Below, one piece after another: positions 1-11,636 of a DNA stretch of 64,000 nt. Source of the stretch: Moniliella sp. 'wahieum' (taxonomy: Eukaryota); contig RSEE01000034.1 of NCBI GenBank assembly GCA_003971905.1, forward strand, positions 372,001-436,000, read 5' to 3'. The stretch's first letter is position 1. Every line of letters starts with the position of its first letter. The notes beneath the pieces were generated by a model that made no database searches, was not told where the DNA came from, and was given only the letters and a program-made list of their open reading frames with translations. The position numbers and the translations under genes were made by a program.

Positions 1-796
1 CCGCGGCCTCCTCGATCATTGCGAACGAATTAGATGCCAATCCCAGTGTCGGAGCCCGGCCACACTGTCAACCGCTCTTACCAACTTACCGCTTCCCTAC
101 GCCCGCCTGCGCACCATGACCTCCTATTCGCCCACCGACTCTCACAGGGACGTGACTGTAAGTGGGATTCCTTTCCATCTCCTCGGCCCCCAGAGATGCA
201 TGATGAATGATGCATTACTGATGCATGATCATGCATGCCTCATCTGCATCAGAACAAATGGCTAACTTGAGCGGTGGACTATGCCCATCCAGATCCCCAG
301 CAATTTACCGCCAAGGTCATTTGCCACGCCCTCTTGGGACCATTCGCGCGATCCTTCTCAACCGGCTCCAACATATTACGCGGCTCTGGCATTTCATCGG
401 TACGTTGGTAATGCAATCGATTTTGGAACGCCCCCTGTATGGCGGCGATGGAGATGATTGATGGGCCGCGGCTGGCGTGGGCGAGATACCTGGGCTTACG
501 ATGCATTGCGCCCATGCGTGTGTTTCAGGCTGTATGTCGGTGCATCGCAGCTCAGGCCGGAGGTGTGTTTGCGGCGCTCGTGTCTCGCTCACGCCGCCGG
601 GGCGTGCGCTGGGGATTCGATCTTGGAAAGCTGCCGGTGCCCTTTTTCACGCGTGTCTGCTGACTCTCCGACTACGTATGATTCACACACATATTATTTC
701 TGGCTGCTTTCAACACTCCATCCATTCTTCGGGTGTGGCTGCCCGACACGTATACGGGTGCACTTGTTGCTTGCTTGTCCTTTCAGTCAATCCACA

Positions 797-1584
797 TGCT
801 GCCGCGCGAGACGGATGGAGAGTGGAGTACATCTACTCCCCGTACCCATGGGTTTGCCAACCCCCCGGCCCCCACCACAACCGCTCCCTCGGTACCCGGC
901 CCAACCGCCACGGCTTCCTCCCCTTTCTTCCCGGCCGACTCGATGCCTGCACCTCCGCCGCCGGCCCCGTTGAGCCACGGAGGCATGTACTATCCACCTC
1001 CTCTTGATTATCCTGCGCCCCCTGGCCGGTCAGCCGAACGTGCGGAGGGCGGCCTGGTGGGCTATGCCCACTACCCTGACTTGTCTGCCCCCCATGGGTA
1101 TGCGTCCCCTGGTCTGGGGGGGGGGAGCGGATGCGGGATTCTTACTTGCCTCCGGCCCGGCTCCCAGATCCTCCTTTCTTCGAAGGAGGCTCGTCAATGG
1201 TGCCTGCGCTGCCTGGCCCCAAAGCGGCCCAAAGCCAAGATTGATGGGGCGGCACGCAAGCGAATTTGCCAGTACGCTGAGCTGCACCCGGACATGCGCC
1301 AAGCCGATGTGGCAGCTGTGTTTAATGTCGAGCGCTCGACGGTTAGCAAGATTGTGAAGCAAAAGCACAAGTGGTTGGCCATCCCAGACGATGGTCCTGA
1401 GCTCCGCTCCCCCTCTTTGCCCGTTCGTGGCAAGCGAGCTTCGCCGCCCGGATCCAGGAGCTCCACCACCTCCTCGCTTGCCTCGCCTCAGACTCGCACT
1501 TCCCTCGAGACCACCCTCTACCCGGATCCGCGCGGCTTGCCAGGCTCCGCCTTAGGTCTCTCCTTGGCGCCGGCGCCAGAGTGA
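797..1584 (+). CDS. CENP-B N-terminal (HTH-psq type) DNA-binding domain protein with Pro/Ser-rich flanks; no DDE domain seen
   Basis: KAKIDGAARKRICQYAELHPDMRQADVAAVFNVERSTVSKIVKQKHKW resembles the CENP-B/pogo HTH. ATG at 797 follows a candidate intron ending tttcag at 786. Compensating frameshifts are likely at ~1115-1220. Confidence 0.65.
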
Positions 1585-2747
1585 GGCATGCCTTCCTCTT
1601 TCCCTTTTCCCGTCCTCTTCCCGTTCTCCTTCTCCACCCCCCCCCCTTCACGCTTCACTCTGCTTTCCCTTTCTGTTTTGTCTCGTCTTTGGCCCTTGTG
1701 TTTTCCTTGGCCCTGGCCCTTGCTTTCTGCCTTGGCTTTTATTTGTTTACCGTCCAGCCACCGTCCCAGGCCTCAGCGTCCTCCGGTCTCGATGTCCAGT
1801 CCACTTGGTCCCCCGCCTATCCTCGCTGTCGCGCTTCTTTTTGAACCCGCTTATTGCAAGTTGTTCCAGCGCACGCGCTGGGCGTAGCTTGTACACGTTA
1901 TGGCATTCAATTATTGTATACTTGGTGCAACTGCCGGTGTGAGATGCAGACTGGGCCACGATGCGTTACCCTGTCCGTTCACCCCATTCACTCCGTCTCG
2001 GCTGCCTCGATTCGGCAGTGGTGGATGAGAGCCACATGATGGCCTATAGTGGAGGAGAAGGTAGGTTGGGTAGGAAAGGAATGGCAAGTGGACAACCTGC
2101 GCGAGGCGTCCAAGGCCAAAGCGCGCACAGCACCACACGTAAGGTCGACGGATTGGCACGGCGCATGCGCCCAGACACAGGACACAGACCATAAGCTGGT
2201 GGCTGGAGGTGTGGCAAAGCGGTTGGGCCTCCTGTCCAAGGCGCGCAGCCGAAGGAGCAGAGGCGGAGCAGAGGCAGCGGCAGGACGCCACGGGGCCCTG
2301 GGTGGGTGCTGAGGCTCAGCTGGGCCCGTAGCGCGCAGCATGCCAAGCCAGCCAAGCCCAGCGCTAGCAGCTGGCCAGCAGGCGCAGTGTATAAAGCTAG
2401 ACGCTCTAACACCGGCTGACATCGGCACTGCAAGGCACCGGCTGCACCTGGCACCAGCACCGCCCCCGACCCCCGCCGCACTGCAGCAACACTGCTGCCA
2501 TGCTGCCTGCTGCGCAGCGCAATGCTGCCGTGGACGACTGCCGCCGTGCCTGCCCCGTCCCGCCAATGCGCTGGCGATGCGCTTCCGCCCACGGCGGTCC
2601 GTGCACGTCGCGGCACCATCCATCAATAAGCTTCAGCTTCATCCCCACGCGCCATCTATCCCATATGGTGCCACAATAAAGGCCCCCGCCCTCCCTTGTG
2701 CTATCGTCCGCTCCTCCACGCCCCCCCCGCTCAACGTTCAGTGCCTC

Positions 2748-4052
2748 ATGTCTGGCTACTACGGCGGCAACAGCGGCTCTATCCGCCCTCCGGCTACCCC
2801 GGCTCCTACGGCCCTCCCTCGGGCCCCCCGCCGCCCACCAGTCCTTCCACCCAGGCCCAGCCTATGGCGCGCCCCCTGGCCCGCCCCAGCAAGCATACGG
2901 CGCTCCCCCTGGTCCCCCCCCCGCACGGTACGCGCTCCCCCTGCCCCCCGCGCACGGGTACGGTGCGCCTCCCGGCCCCCGCAAGGGTACGGCGGCGGAT
3001 ACGGGGCCCGCCCCCGGCCCACGCACCCGCACCGGGTGCGGGAGGGTACTTCTTTTTCGGTGTTGCGGTCCCGCCGCCGCCGCCGAATGCGCCGCTGCCG
3101 GCGATGCAGGGCGCCGATGTGAATGGGCGTGTGGAGCGGATCTACAAGGCAATGCGTGGGTTTGGCACGGACGATGACACGTTGATTCGGGAACTGTGCT
3201 CGGTGCACGACCCCTTTTTGGTGGATGCGGTGCGGCATGGCTACAAGCAGATCAAGGGCAAGGATCTGATGAAGGCGGTCGAGGGCGATGTGAGCGGCTG
3301 GTACGAGGCGGTGCTGCGCTGGCAAGTGTACGGCCCGGTGATGGGCGATGTCATCTCTACCGCGCTATGGACGGCGCAGGTACCGATGATGAGGCTTTGA
3401 CGGAGATCCTGATTGGTCGCTCGAACGGGGAGATGCATCTGCTAAAAACGGCGTACCAAGCTACGTTTGGCAAGTCGCTCGAGGCGGCTGTGCTGGGCGA
3501 GCTTTCGTTCAAGACGAAGCGCATGTTTACCCAAGCGTTGGCCGGCGCGCGGCAAGAGAATGTACCAGTGGTGCCGCACCAGGTGGAGGAGGACGTGAAG
3601 CACCTCTATGCGGCCATGCGAGGCGGTGGGACGGAGGAGGATACCATTACTTCCATCCTCATGTCCCGCAGCAATGAGCAGCTGGTTGCGATTGCCCAGT
3701 GCTATCGTCATCACCACCACAAAACCCTTTCGGCTGCCCCGAGGGGGACCTGAGTGGTCACATGGAATCCGCACTGCTCTACCTCGTTCGCGGTGCCGAG
3801 GACCCGATGGGCGCGGCTGGCTTTGGGGTGCAACGTGACGTGCGTCTTATCTATGAGGCAATGGACGACGCTGGGACAAAGGATCGGGCGTTGGTACGGC
3901 GCGTGTGCCGCGCGTCATGGAACCACGGCCGGTTCCAGGCGATCAAGAATGTTTACCAACAGATCCACCATCAAAGCCTAGCCACCCGCATCAAGCGCGA
4001 GACGACGGGCAACTATGAAAAGTCACTCGTAACAGTCGTTGAGACCGCTTGA
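2748..4052 (+). CDS. Annexin (fungal, annexin A7-like) with Gly/Tyr/Pro-rich N-terminus
   Basis: Four annexin repeats (AMRGFGTDD, AMDGAGTDDEALTEIL, AMRGGGTEEDTITSILMSRS, AMDDAGTKD...RETTGNYEKSL) spread over ORFs 2696-3400, 3196-3753 and 3699-4052. Start MSGYYGG at 2748. Several frameshifts. Confidence 0.9.
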
Positions 4053-4279
4053 AGTCGGATGTTCGGCTGGGCGGCCAACTACCCCATGTCTGAATGAAAT
4101 ACCATCTTCATCCCTCTTGTACCTCATGGCGTTCGAAGCGCAAATCATGTCATGCGATCAAGTTGCAGTGAAGGAGATGAGGTTTAGGTTGGTTGAGGCT
4201 GACAGGTTACACCGGTTACAGGGGTTACAGCTCAGGAGGAGAAATGGGGTACTGCTGCCATTTTTGGACGTCGAAAGAG

Positions 4280-5627
4280 TTAGGTGAACAGCTTTCTAGC
4301 CTGGTTGGCAGTAAGTCGCTGACTCGCGCTCAACCTAGTGCAGTGGTCAATCGTTTCAACCTGGTTCTGGACCAAGGGGTTGGTCAGTAGGGCTTGGGCC
4401 AGAGGCAAGCGTTCCACAAGGGGCTTGGGGGCACCGCGGGTAAAGGGCAGACGATCCAGAGGGGGCTGGAACGTCGCTCCCTCTGGCCATTCCTCCACCG
4501 AGCTGGGCAGGCCCTTGAGGGAAAAGATGCTGCCGGCTAGGGGGATGTCGCTGGCAACCTCGGTAGGGAAAAGGTCCAAGCGCAGCACTCGTTCCCCAAA
4601 CACCGGTTCGCGCTTCTTGGGGGCTTTCATCCAGGGAGGAAGGCCTTGGCCAAAGAGCCCTCCCGGTGGAGGTCCAAGTGAAGCGCCTTGCCCGTTTCGC
4701 CAATCCTCCTCGCTGTCCGAGTCCTCGGCCCAACGCGGGGGCAGCGGGGGATCGGTCCGTTTAAAAGCAGTGTAGAACATCGCCACCACACAGCCCGCCG
4801 CCCAGATATCAATCATGCACGGGTCGTAGCCATCGGTGGGGGCAAAAAGAAGCTCGGGAGCACGGAAGGAAGCCGTACCGACCTGGGCGGTGTGACAGCG
4901 TCCGGTCATAGCCTTGCCCGCTCCCTCGGCCAAGTCGACCGCTGTGCCAAAATCAATAATCTTGAGCGTGGCCTGGTGCACGTCCTTACTCCCCTCGTCA
5001 AAAGCGAGCATAAGATTGCTGGGCTTAATGTCCCGATGGGCAATGTGCAGATCGTCATGCAAATAGGCCAGGCCGGAAAAGAGCTGCTGCCCGATTCGCT
5101 GCACAAAGGCAACGTACCGCTCTTGCTGCTCGGAAGACGCATCAGTGCCAGGCTTGTCCCCCAACCCGGCCGTCGGGGTTAAAGAAGCAGGGACAAACCA
5201 TGCATCATCCAGGAGTGTAGCAAGCTCGACATCGTACCACCCCATCAAGAGCGACACGTTCGTGGTCAAAATGTCTTCTTGCACCTCGGCGGCAGCCAGA
5301 AGACGAGGGACCTGGGAAGAGACAGATGGTGTTAGTAGGTCCAGGTGGCCAACCAGAAACACGTACATAAGGATTGTCCATCCTCTTGAGCAGCCGCAGC
5401 TCAAGCATCACGTCGTGCGGCGCGACTTGGTCCTCGATTGTCACTCGCTTAACGCAGAAGGTACGAGCAGCCACCGCAGCGCCGAATGCAGGGACGAGAG
5501 CCTGACCGTCCAAACGGTAGGCAACGGACGTGCGCCCACGACCGCCTCGAACGAGCGAGGTGGCGTTGAGTACACTCGGCAGCTCCGATGGCTGAGCCAC
5601 GTCGGGTGCCGAGTAGAGCAAGGCCAT
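4280..5627 (-). CDS. Ser/Thr protein kinase, CDK-related (Cak1/Csk1-like CDK-activating kinase)
   Basis: HRDIKPSN, IIDFG, VGTASFRAPELLF and IDIWAAGC motifs. N-lobe FCVKRV...PHDVMLELRLL in ORF 5205-5684. Intron ~5312-5366 (GTACGT..CTAAC..CAG). No canonical GxGxxG loop. Confidence 0.75.
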
Positions 5628-5967
5628 GGCGGGGATGGTGGTGTTTTGAACTTCAACCCACAGTCTTGTGATCAATTGGCCCACCCAAAATCTATTTCCG
5701 GCCGTCTAATTCCGAACGTCTCACTGCCACCACCACCTTCGCGCACGGGCGCCTCCTGGCTACCCCGCTTGGAAAAAGGCCCGACAGGCGACCCCCCCCG
5801 TCGACGGCCAGGTCCGATGGCAAGGGGTAGAATAGAAATCAGAAGCTATGCATACAACCTAACCACAAGCGGGCTGCATCCACATATATTGATCGGGACG
5901 AAGAGAACACGGATCGGTTTGCCTCTCGGAACCTGTGGTGGGCGGGCAAGCCATAGTCCAAGTTCCT

Positions 5968-7105
5968 TTACCAGCCTCGCCCGGCCAACCGCCCGCCGGG
6001 CATCTTGGAGTCAATCGTGAGCCCCACCATGGCCGTAACGTTTTCCGAGATCTTTGCGAGCATCTCTGGGTTGTCCCAGTGCGTGACGGCGGCGACAATG
6101 GCCTTGGCGCGCTCCCGAGGGTCCCCCTCAGCGGCAAACACGCCCGATCCGACAAACACGCCGTCCGCCCCGAGCGTGCGCAGCAGCGCCGCATCGGCAG
6201 GCGTAGCGATGCCACCAGCGGCAAAGTTGACAACGGGCAGACGCTTGAGCCGCGCCGTTTCTTTGAGCAAGTGGTAAGGCGCAGAAATATCCTTGGCATA
6301 CGCATACAGTTCTTCGTCGCTCATGCTTGCCACTTTGCGAATCTCGGCCTGGACCGTGCGCATGTGTCCCACCGCCTCGACCACATTGCCCGTGCCTGCC
6401 TCGCCCTTGGTGCGGATCATGGCGGCGCCCTCGCTGATTCGACGCAGCGCTTCGCCCAAGTTGCGGCAGCCACAGACAAAGGGGACCTTGAATGGATGCT
6501 TGTTGATGTGATGCTCATTGTCGGCCGGCGTCAACACCTCCGACTCGTCAATGTAGTCCACATTGATCGCTTGCAGAATTTGAGCCTCGACCTGGCCGCG
6601 TTCGTTCGAGTCAGCAGGTGCTGAGAACAGGGGTGGGTATAGGGGACAGGAAAGGGGTTCGCACAATGTGGCCGATACGGCACTTGGCCATGACGGGGAT
6701 GCTGACTGCATCGATAATCTCCTTGATCATCTTGGGGTCCGACATGCGCGCCACGCCGCCCTCGACACGAATGTCGGCAGGAACGCGCTCGAGCGCCATG
6801 ACGGCCGCCGCGCCCGCCTCCTCAGCAATACGCGCTTGCTCGGGGTTGGTCACATCCTGCATCCGCAGTCAGCACCAAGATCAGGACCAGGAGGAGCACC
6901 CACAGCTCGAGGGAGGGACAATGGCGCAGGGGGAACAACGTACCATGATCACACCGCCTTTCAGCATCTGGGCCAGACCGCTCTTGACGCCAAAGGTGCC
7001 GACGTTGGAGCCCTCGGTGCGGCCCGAGACGGAGCCGCCGGTGCGGGGCACAACGTGGGCACCAGCGTGGGTGGCGCCGACAATGATGGGGTGTTCGGAC
7101 GACAT
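5968..7105 (-). CDS. SNZ1: Pyridoxal 5'-phosphate synthase subunit Pdx1/Snz1
   Basis: [64 protein letters not shown]-terminal GRGW. Two introns (~6864-6943 and ~6592-6663). Confidence 0.96.
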
Positions 7106-8209
7106 GGCGGCGAGAGGGGTCGGAAGGCAGCACGCAGGATGTGGAGAGCTGAGAAGGGGAGGCGTGGAAGGCGGGGTGTCGGAGGGTTTTATACAGCGGC
7201 TGGCAGGCCGCCTGAAATTGAACGTTGAATAGTGAAGCGTGGGCGGGCATGTCAGTTGTCAGTACTGCGTTACTGAGTCGGTCGGGCTCAGCGCATGTCC
7301 GGCAAGGTGGATGGCTCCCGCCGGACGAGGCGGCGCGGACTTTTGTTCCCAGACGAGGCGCAAGCACGACAGTCTGGCGGGAGGTAGGCTCGGGCGCAGT
7401 GTTGGTGCGTCATCAGCCTTACCGATCAGCCCGAGCCTCCTCCCTCGGGTTGGGGCGGGAAGCTTGACGCTTGACGCGGCAGCGGTGGCAACGTGCTCAC
7501 ACTCCTTGTCCACACGTTGCGGTCGGTGCGCCGTGCTAAATGACATTGTGATACCTCCAAGCCCCCTGCCCCCTTTGTCTTATGCGGCTACTGCCGGACC
7601 TCGCTTCTGCCGGCCTGTCCTGGGAAGCAAGCAGGCCAGCAGTTGTCCGTCCTGCCCCTTTGGTCCGCTCCCCCAAGCTCAGCTAGTCCCTCTGCTTCGG
7701 TCTTGTCGGCTGCCCCCTCCTGAAGCTAGAAGATTGAAGCTTGGCCGCGCTCACATGTCCCAGTCGCTTTTTAGCTCCAGCCGCGTCATCGTCACGCGTG
7801 ACACCGCTGCCCCTTCCACATGCCATGTTCTCCGCGCCGCGACACGGAAATAACTTTTGTCCCAGCGACAGCGCCTGCCATTGACCCTCTATCGGACCCG
7901 GGCCCAAGACCGTGTCGATGGTAGACGGAGCAAACTATATGTAGGCAGGCACATGGCCAATTGCCATGGGGAGAGGGCGTGCAGGATTGAAGAATACAAG
8001 CGAGACAATTCAACATCATAGCAGCCGTGGCAGAGCGTAGCAAGTACCCTGGAGGTTAACGGCGCTGGGGAACAGCATGGAACACGCTTGGCCCGTGAGC
8101 GAGGGGATGAAGAGGGCTGCGAGAGGGAGTAGGGGGGTAGGGGAATACCGAAGGAGAGGTGTTATACACGTCGTGTGCGGGGGAAGGGGAAGGGGGGGGA
8201 GGCCTCGCC

Positions 8210-9274
8210 CTATACGCGGTGGGCCTCCGCCAAATTGAGAAGTAGGGTGGCCAGACATCTTTTGGTGATCTGTGGATAGGTCAGCGAGGTGTTCGGGGAT
8301 CGCTGCCAAGAATGGGAAGGGGACATACATGATCATCCTTGAGCAGCTGAGAGAAGGTGGCATTCCTCAATGGAGCGGGGAGACAGGAGCGCAAGGCCTC
8401 GCGCGCACGCGGGTTGTCACTCAGGCGGAGATAGCAGCGCACAACATGCTTCAGCAGCCGAACCGAGTGGGTATCGACGATTTGCTTGGTGATGTTGCTT
8501 AGAACCTGCGCCACGGCTGAGAAACGGTCGTAGGTTTGGCACACATAAGCCAGGCCTGTGTCGTCGAGCAAAATCTTCTGGACGATAAAGATAGCAACCG
8601 TCTTACTCAGTTCAGTGCTGGTTTCCATGATGCGGAGCGAGAGCGGGATGATCTCTGTGGTGAGCAGAAACTGGATCACCTCGCTATTATCGTTCTGCTT
8701 GACCAGCGCACCAATCACCCCGAGTGAAGTGAGGCGCAGGTATTCAAACGGACGCGTCTTGCAGGTGTTCAGGAACGGGTATAGCAGCAGAGGGATCTGG
8801 GCCTGGAGAAAAAGCGGGCGAGTGTCGTTGTGAGAGGCAATGCACTGCATCAGCGCCAGCGCATTACAGACCCGGTTGGACGTTTGAGCCGTCAAGGATG
8901 GGGGCGAGAGAAGTGGGTAAACTGTGATGATCTCTTGGACCAGCGTAGGCATCACCCCTGAGAGAATGGGAAGAACGAGTTAGGATGTGATTGAAACGGG
9001 AAATACTACACGCACCATAACTATGCCAAAGCACTAGGGCCAAGTCTTCATACTGCTCGCGCTTCTTGCTGAGCTCAAGGAGGGCGTACTCGCGGGCTGC
9101 GCTGTTCCCGGGACTGCCCGAAGATGCATCAGAAGGATCCGGGCGTTGACAGAGCTGGGCGATCAAGGCGTAGACCGAGCCTTGAGCCAGCTCAGCGGAA
9201 AGAGACGGCGCACCGGGGTGGGATTTGGCGAGGGGGACGCTGCTGCCGGGTAGGTCGAGGGATTGGTACGTCAT
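8210..9274 (-). CDS. RCD1: CCR4-NOT subunit Rcd1/Caf40/CNOT9
   Basis: [90 protein letters not shown]. Introns ~8960-9013 and ~8270-8328. Last exon [13 protein letters not shown] ends at TAG 8210. Start codon uncertain. Confidence 0.93.
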
Positions 9275-9680
9275 GGGCAGGAGCGGGTATACAATACGGG
9301 GCGGGAGCTCAAGTGTGCGCGGGGAAGAGCATGCCCAGTCCAGGCAGCAAAGAAGCGGCGCAGACGCGTCAGATCAGGCGTGCAACACAGAGAAGCGTGG
9401 AGGCGGAGGTGCCAGAGAGGTGACCCAGGCTGAGTGAATTCGAACGAGGACGCGATGGCGAGGTGGAAATGGTCGCCCCTTGGCCTTGTGCGCTCCCCGG
9501 CCTCAAACAGGAGAAGGCGTATGCGCGCCCACTCCGCCCCTTCCCGACCCCTAATTCCGCCCCGGTTGGTTCTGCAACATTTCACCGATCGCACCTAGGG
9601 CCTAGCCACCCATCGCGCAGCCGTGCAGCAGCAACCACACCACCACCACCACCACCACCGCCATCGCCACCGCCCTCCAG

Positions 9681-10963
9681 ATGTCGTCTCCACCACCCGT
9701 GGACACCCACGACCAGCCCACTGCATCAGATGAAGCGAACACCCTGAAGTCCCCGCCTGAGGTTCGAACTGAGGTGAAGGAGGAGGAGGACCAGCCCCAG
9801 GATCCCGAACCCGAACCTGAACTTGAACCTGAACCTGAACCGGAACCGGAACCCGTGCCGGAGCAGGAGCAGGAACAGGAGCAGGAACAGGAGCAAGAGC
9901 AGGAGCAGGAACAAGAACTAGAACAAGAGCAAGAACCGGAACAAGAACCGGAACAAGAACCGGAACAAGAACCAGAACCAGAACAAGAACAAGAACAAGA
10001 ACACGACCTAGAGCCGGAACGCGAACTAGAGGGAGAAGAGGAACTTGTCCAACCTGCTTCTGATATCGCGGTGGAGGAGTTCGACGAGGAAGACGACGAC
10101 GTGCCCATTATGACTGAGAAAGAGTGTACGTCTGAACCCCTTGGTTTTCGCTTGCGCGGCTGCTGACTCCATACCCCACCTTAGCAAGCCAGGCGCGTAT
10201 CAATGCTGCGATTGATGCAGCCGTGTCGATGAGCAAAAAGAAGACGAAGAAGCGCAAGCGCCGCGACGGGGACGACGACCTGGACAAGATTGCCGATGAC
10301 GAGGTGGACCAACTCAAGCTGGACATGATGCAAGCAGCGGACAATGACCAAGAGGCCAATGCGCAAAAGCGTCCTGCTACTGACAAATTGCGGATGCTTC
10401 CGCGCGTGGTTGCGACGCTTCAAAAGACCAACTTGCAACAGGCCATCATGGATAACAATTTGTTCGAGGCAGTGCGGAGATGGCTGGAGCCGCAGCAGGA
10501 CCGGTCGCTGCCCGCGCTCAATGTACAGCGCGAACTGTTTTCGGTGCTGTTGACGATGCAAATCGATGAGATCAGTCTCAAGATGAGTGGACTGGGCCGG
10601 ATCGTGCTCTTTTACACCATTCGCAAAAAGGTGGATCCGGAAGTGAAGCGTCGTGCCGAGCGTCTTGTCGAGCTTTGGTCTCGTCCCATCTTGAAGCGCT
10701 CCGCATCCTACCGCACCATCAGTGTCCCCCAGGCCGACGCTACGCTGGCAGACACGGATGCCGACTTGGACGCGATCCCCAAGGATGTTGATCCCACCAG
10801 GCGCAACGTCTCGATCCCGCAAAGCGTCCGAACCAACTACACCTATGCTCCGCGCAGCATGGCGAACACTAGCAAGGGCCAAGACGAGAGCCAGAACACG
10901 CGGTTGGTCAACCGCCGCCGCTTGAACGACCTCAAGTACAAGCTCAAACAGGGGAAGCGCTGA
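9681..10963 (+). CDS. IWS1: Transcription elongation factor Iws1/Spn1 (TFIIS N-terminal-like domain) with acidic EP/EQ repeat N-terminus
   Basis: PATDKLRMLPRV, VRRWLEPQQDRSLPALNVQ, LKMSGLGRIVLFY, AERLVELWSRPIL. Intron ~10126-10184 (GTACGT..CTGAC..TAG). Confidence 0.9.
9804..10020 (+). repeat. Coding hexanucleotide tandem repeat (gaaccg/gaacaa/gagcag) encoding (EP)n(EQ)n
   Basis: Directly visible tandem units within IWS1 exon 1. Confidence 0.9.
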
Positions 10964-11636
10964 TCGCTGATGGGCTTGTGGACCAATTGATATGCCTCCG
11001 ATTTGTTCCTGATGACCTCGGGGTTTGTGCATAGCATTTCGCCGCAGCCACTGACATGATAGGCGGACACTTGGGTTGGGTTGGGCTAAGTTGAATGTTG
11101 GGGGCACAGAGGCTTGTCATGGCAAACCGTTTGAGCACTTGCTGCACTGTCGTTGTCCCTAGGACGCACGTTATTCAAATATGGAAGGAAGGGTGGCAGG
11201 CAGGTATAGTCAACCGGATCCTGTCTGCTCCTAAATGGCTGCAAGCCCTGTATCCGTATGTTTGTCAGATTGTAATGAGGAGTAAAAGAAAGGAGGAACC
11301 GGTAACCGGCAAATCAAGCCTGAAAGAGAACATGAGAAGTAGAAGAGTCTCAAGCAACCCGCCAAACATGAGATGTGCAGGCAGAGGAAGAATATATAGC
11401 CCCAAAGTGCGGGTAAAGACGTAGTCACAATAATGACAGAAGATCTTCCCCCAAGCCAAGGTAGAGACAATAGTCACAAGGAACCAGCCGAGGACGAGAG
11501 ATGTGGGCAACCGGGAGGCGTGCTTCTTTTCCAATAACAACTTGCGGAAAGTTCCCTTGGGATTGAGCTCTCGAAAAAAGAGCAAAGGCAAAGTATACAA
11601 AAATGCCCCCAGGCGGTGGATCACACCTCTTTGATC

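Noticed and set aside
733..7105. Vitamin B6/B1 regulatory cluster (Pdc2-like HTH near SNZ1) or TPP riboswitch
   Set aside because: Unrelated genes intervene, no SNO1/PDX2 partner is adjacent, and I saw no TPP aptamer consensus in the SNZ1 introns.
9602..10108. Cys/Ser-rich (SC)n ORF resembling a metallothionein
   Set aside because: It is the antisense reading of the EQ/EP repeat in IWS1.
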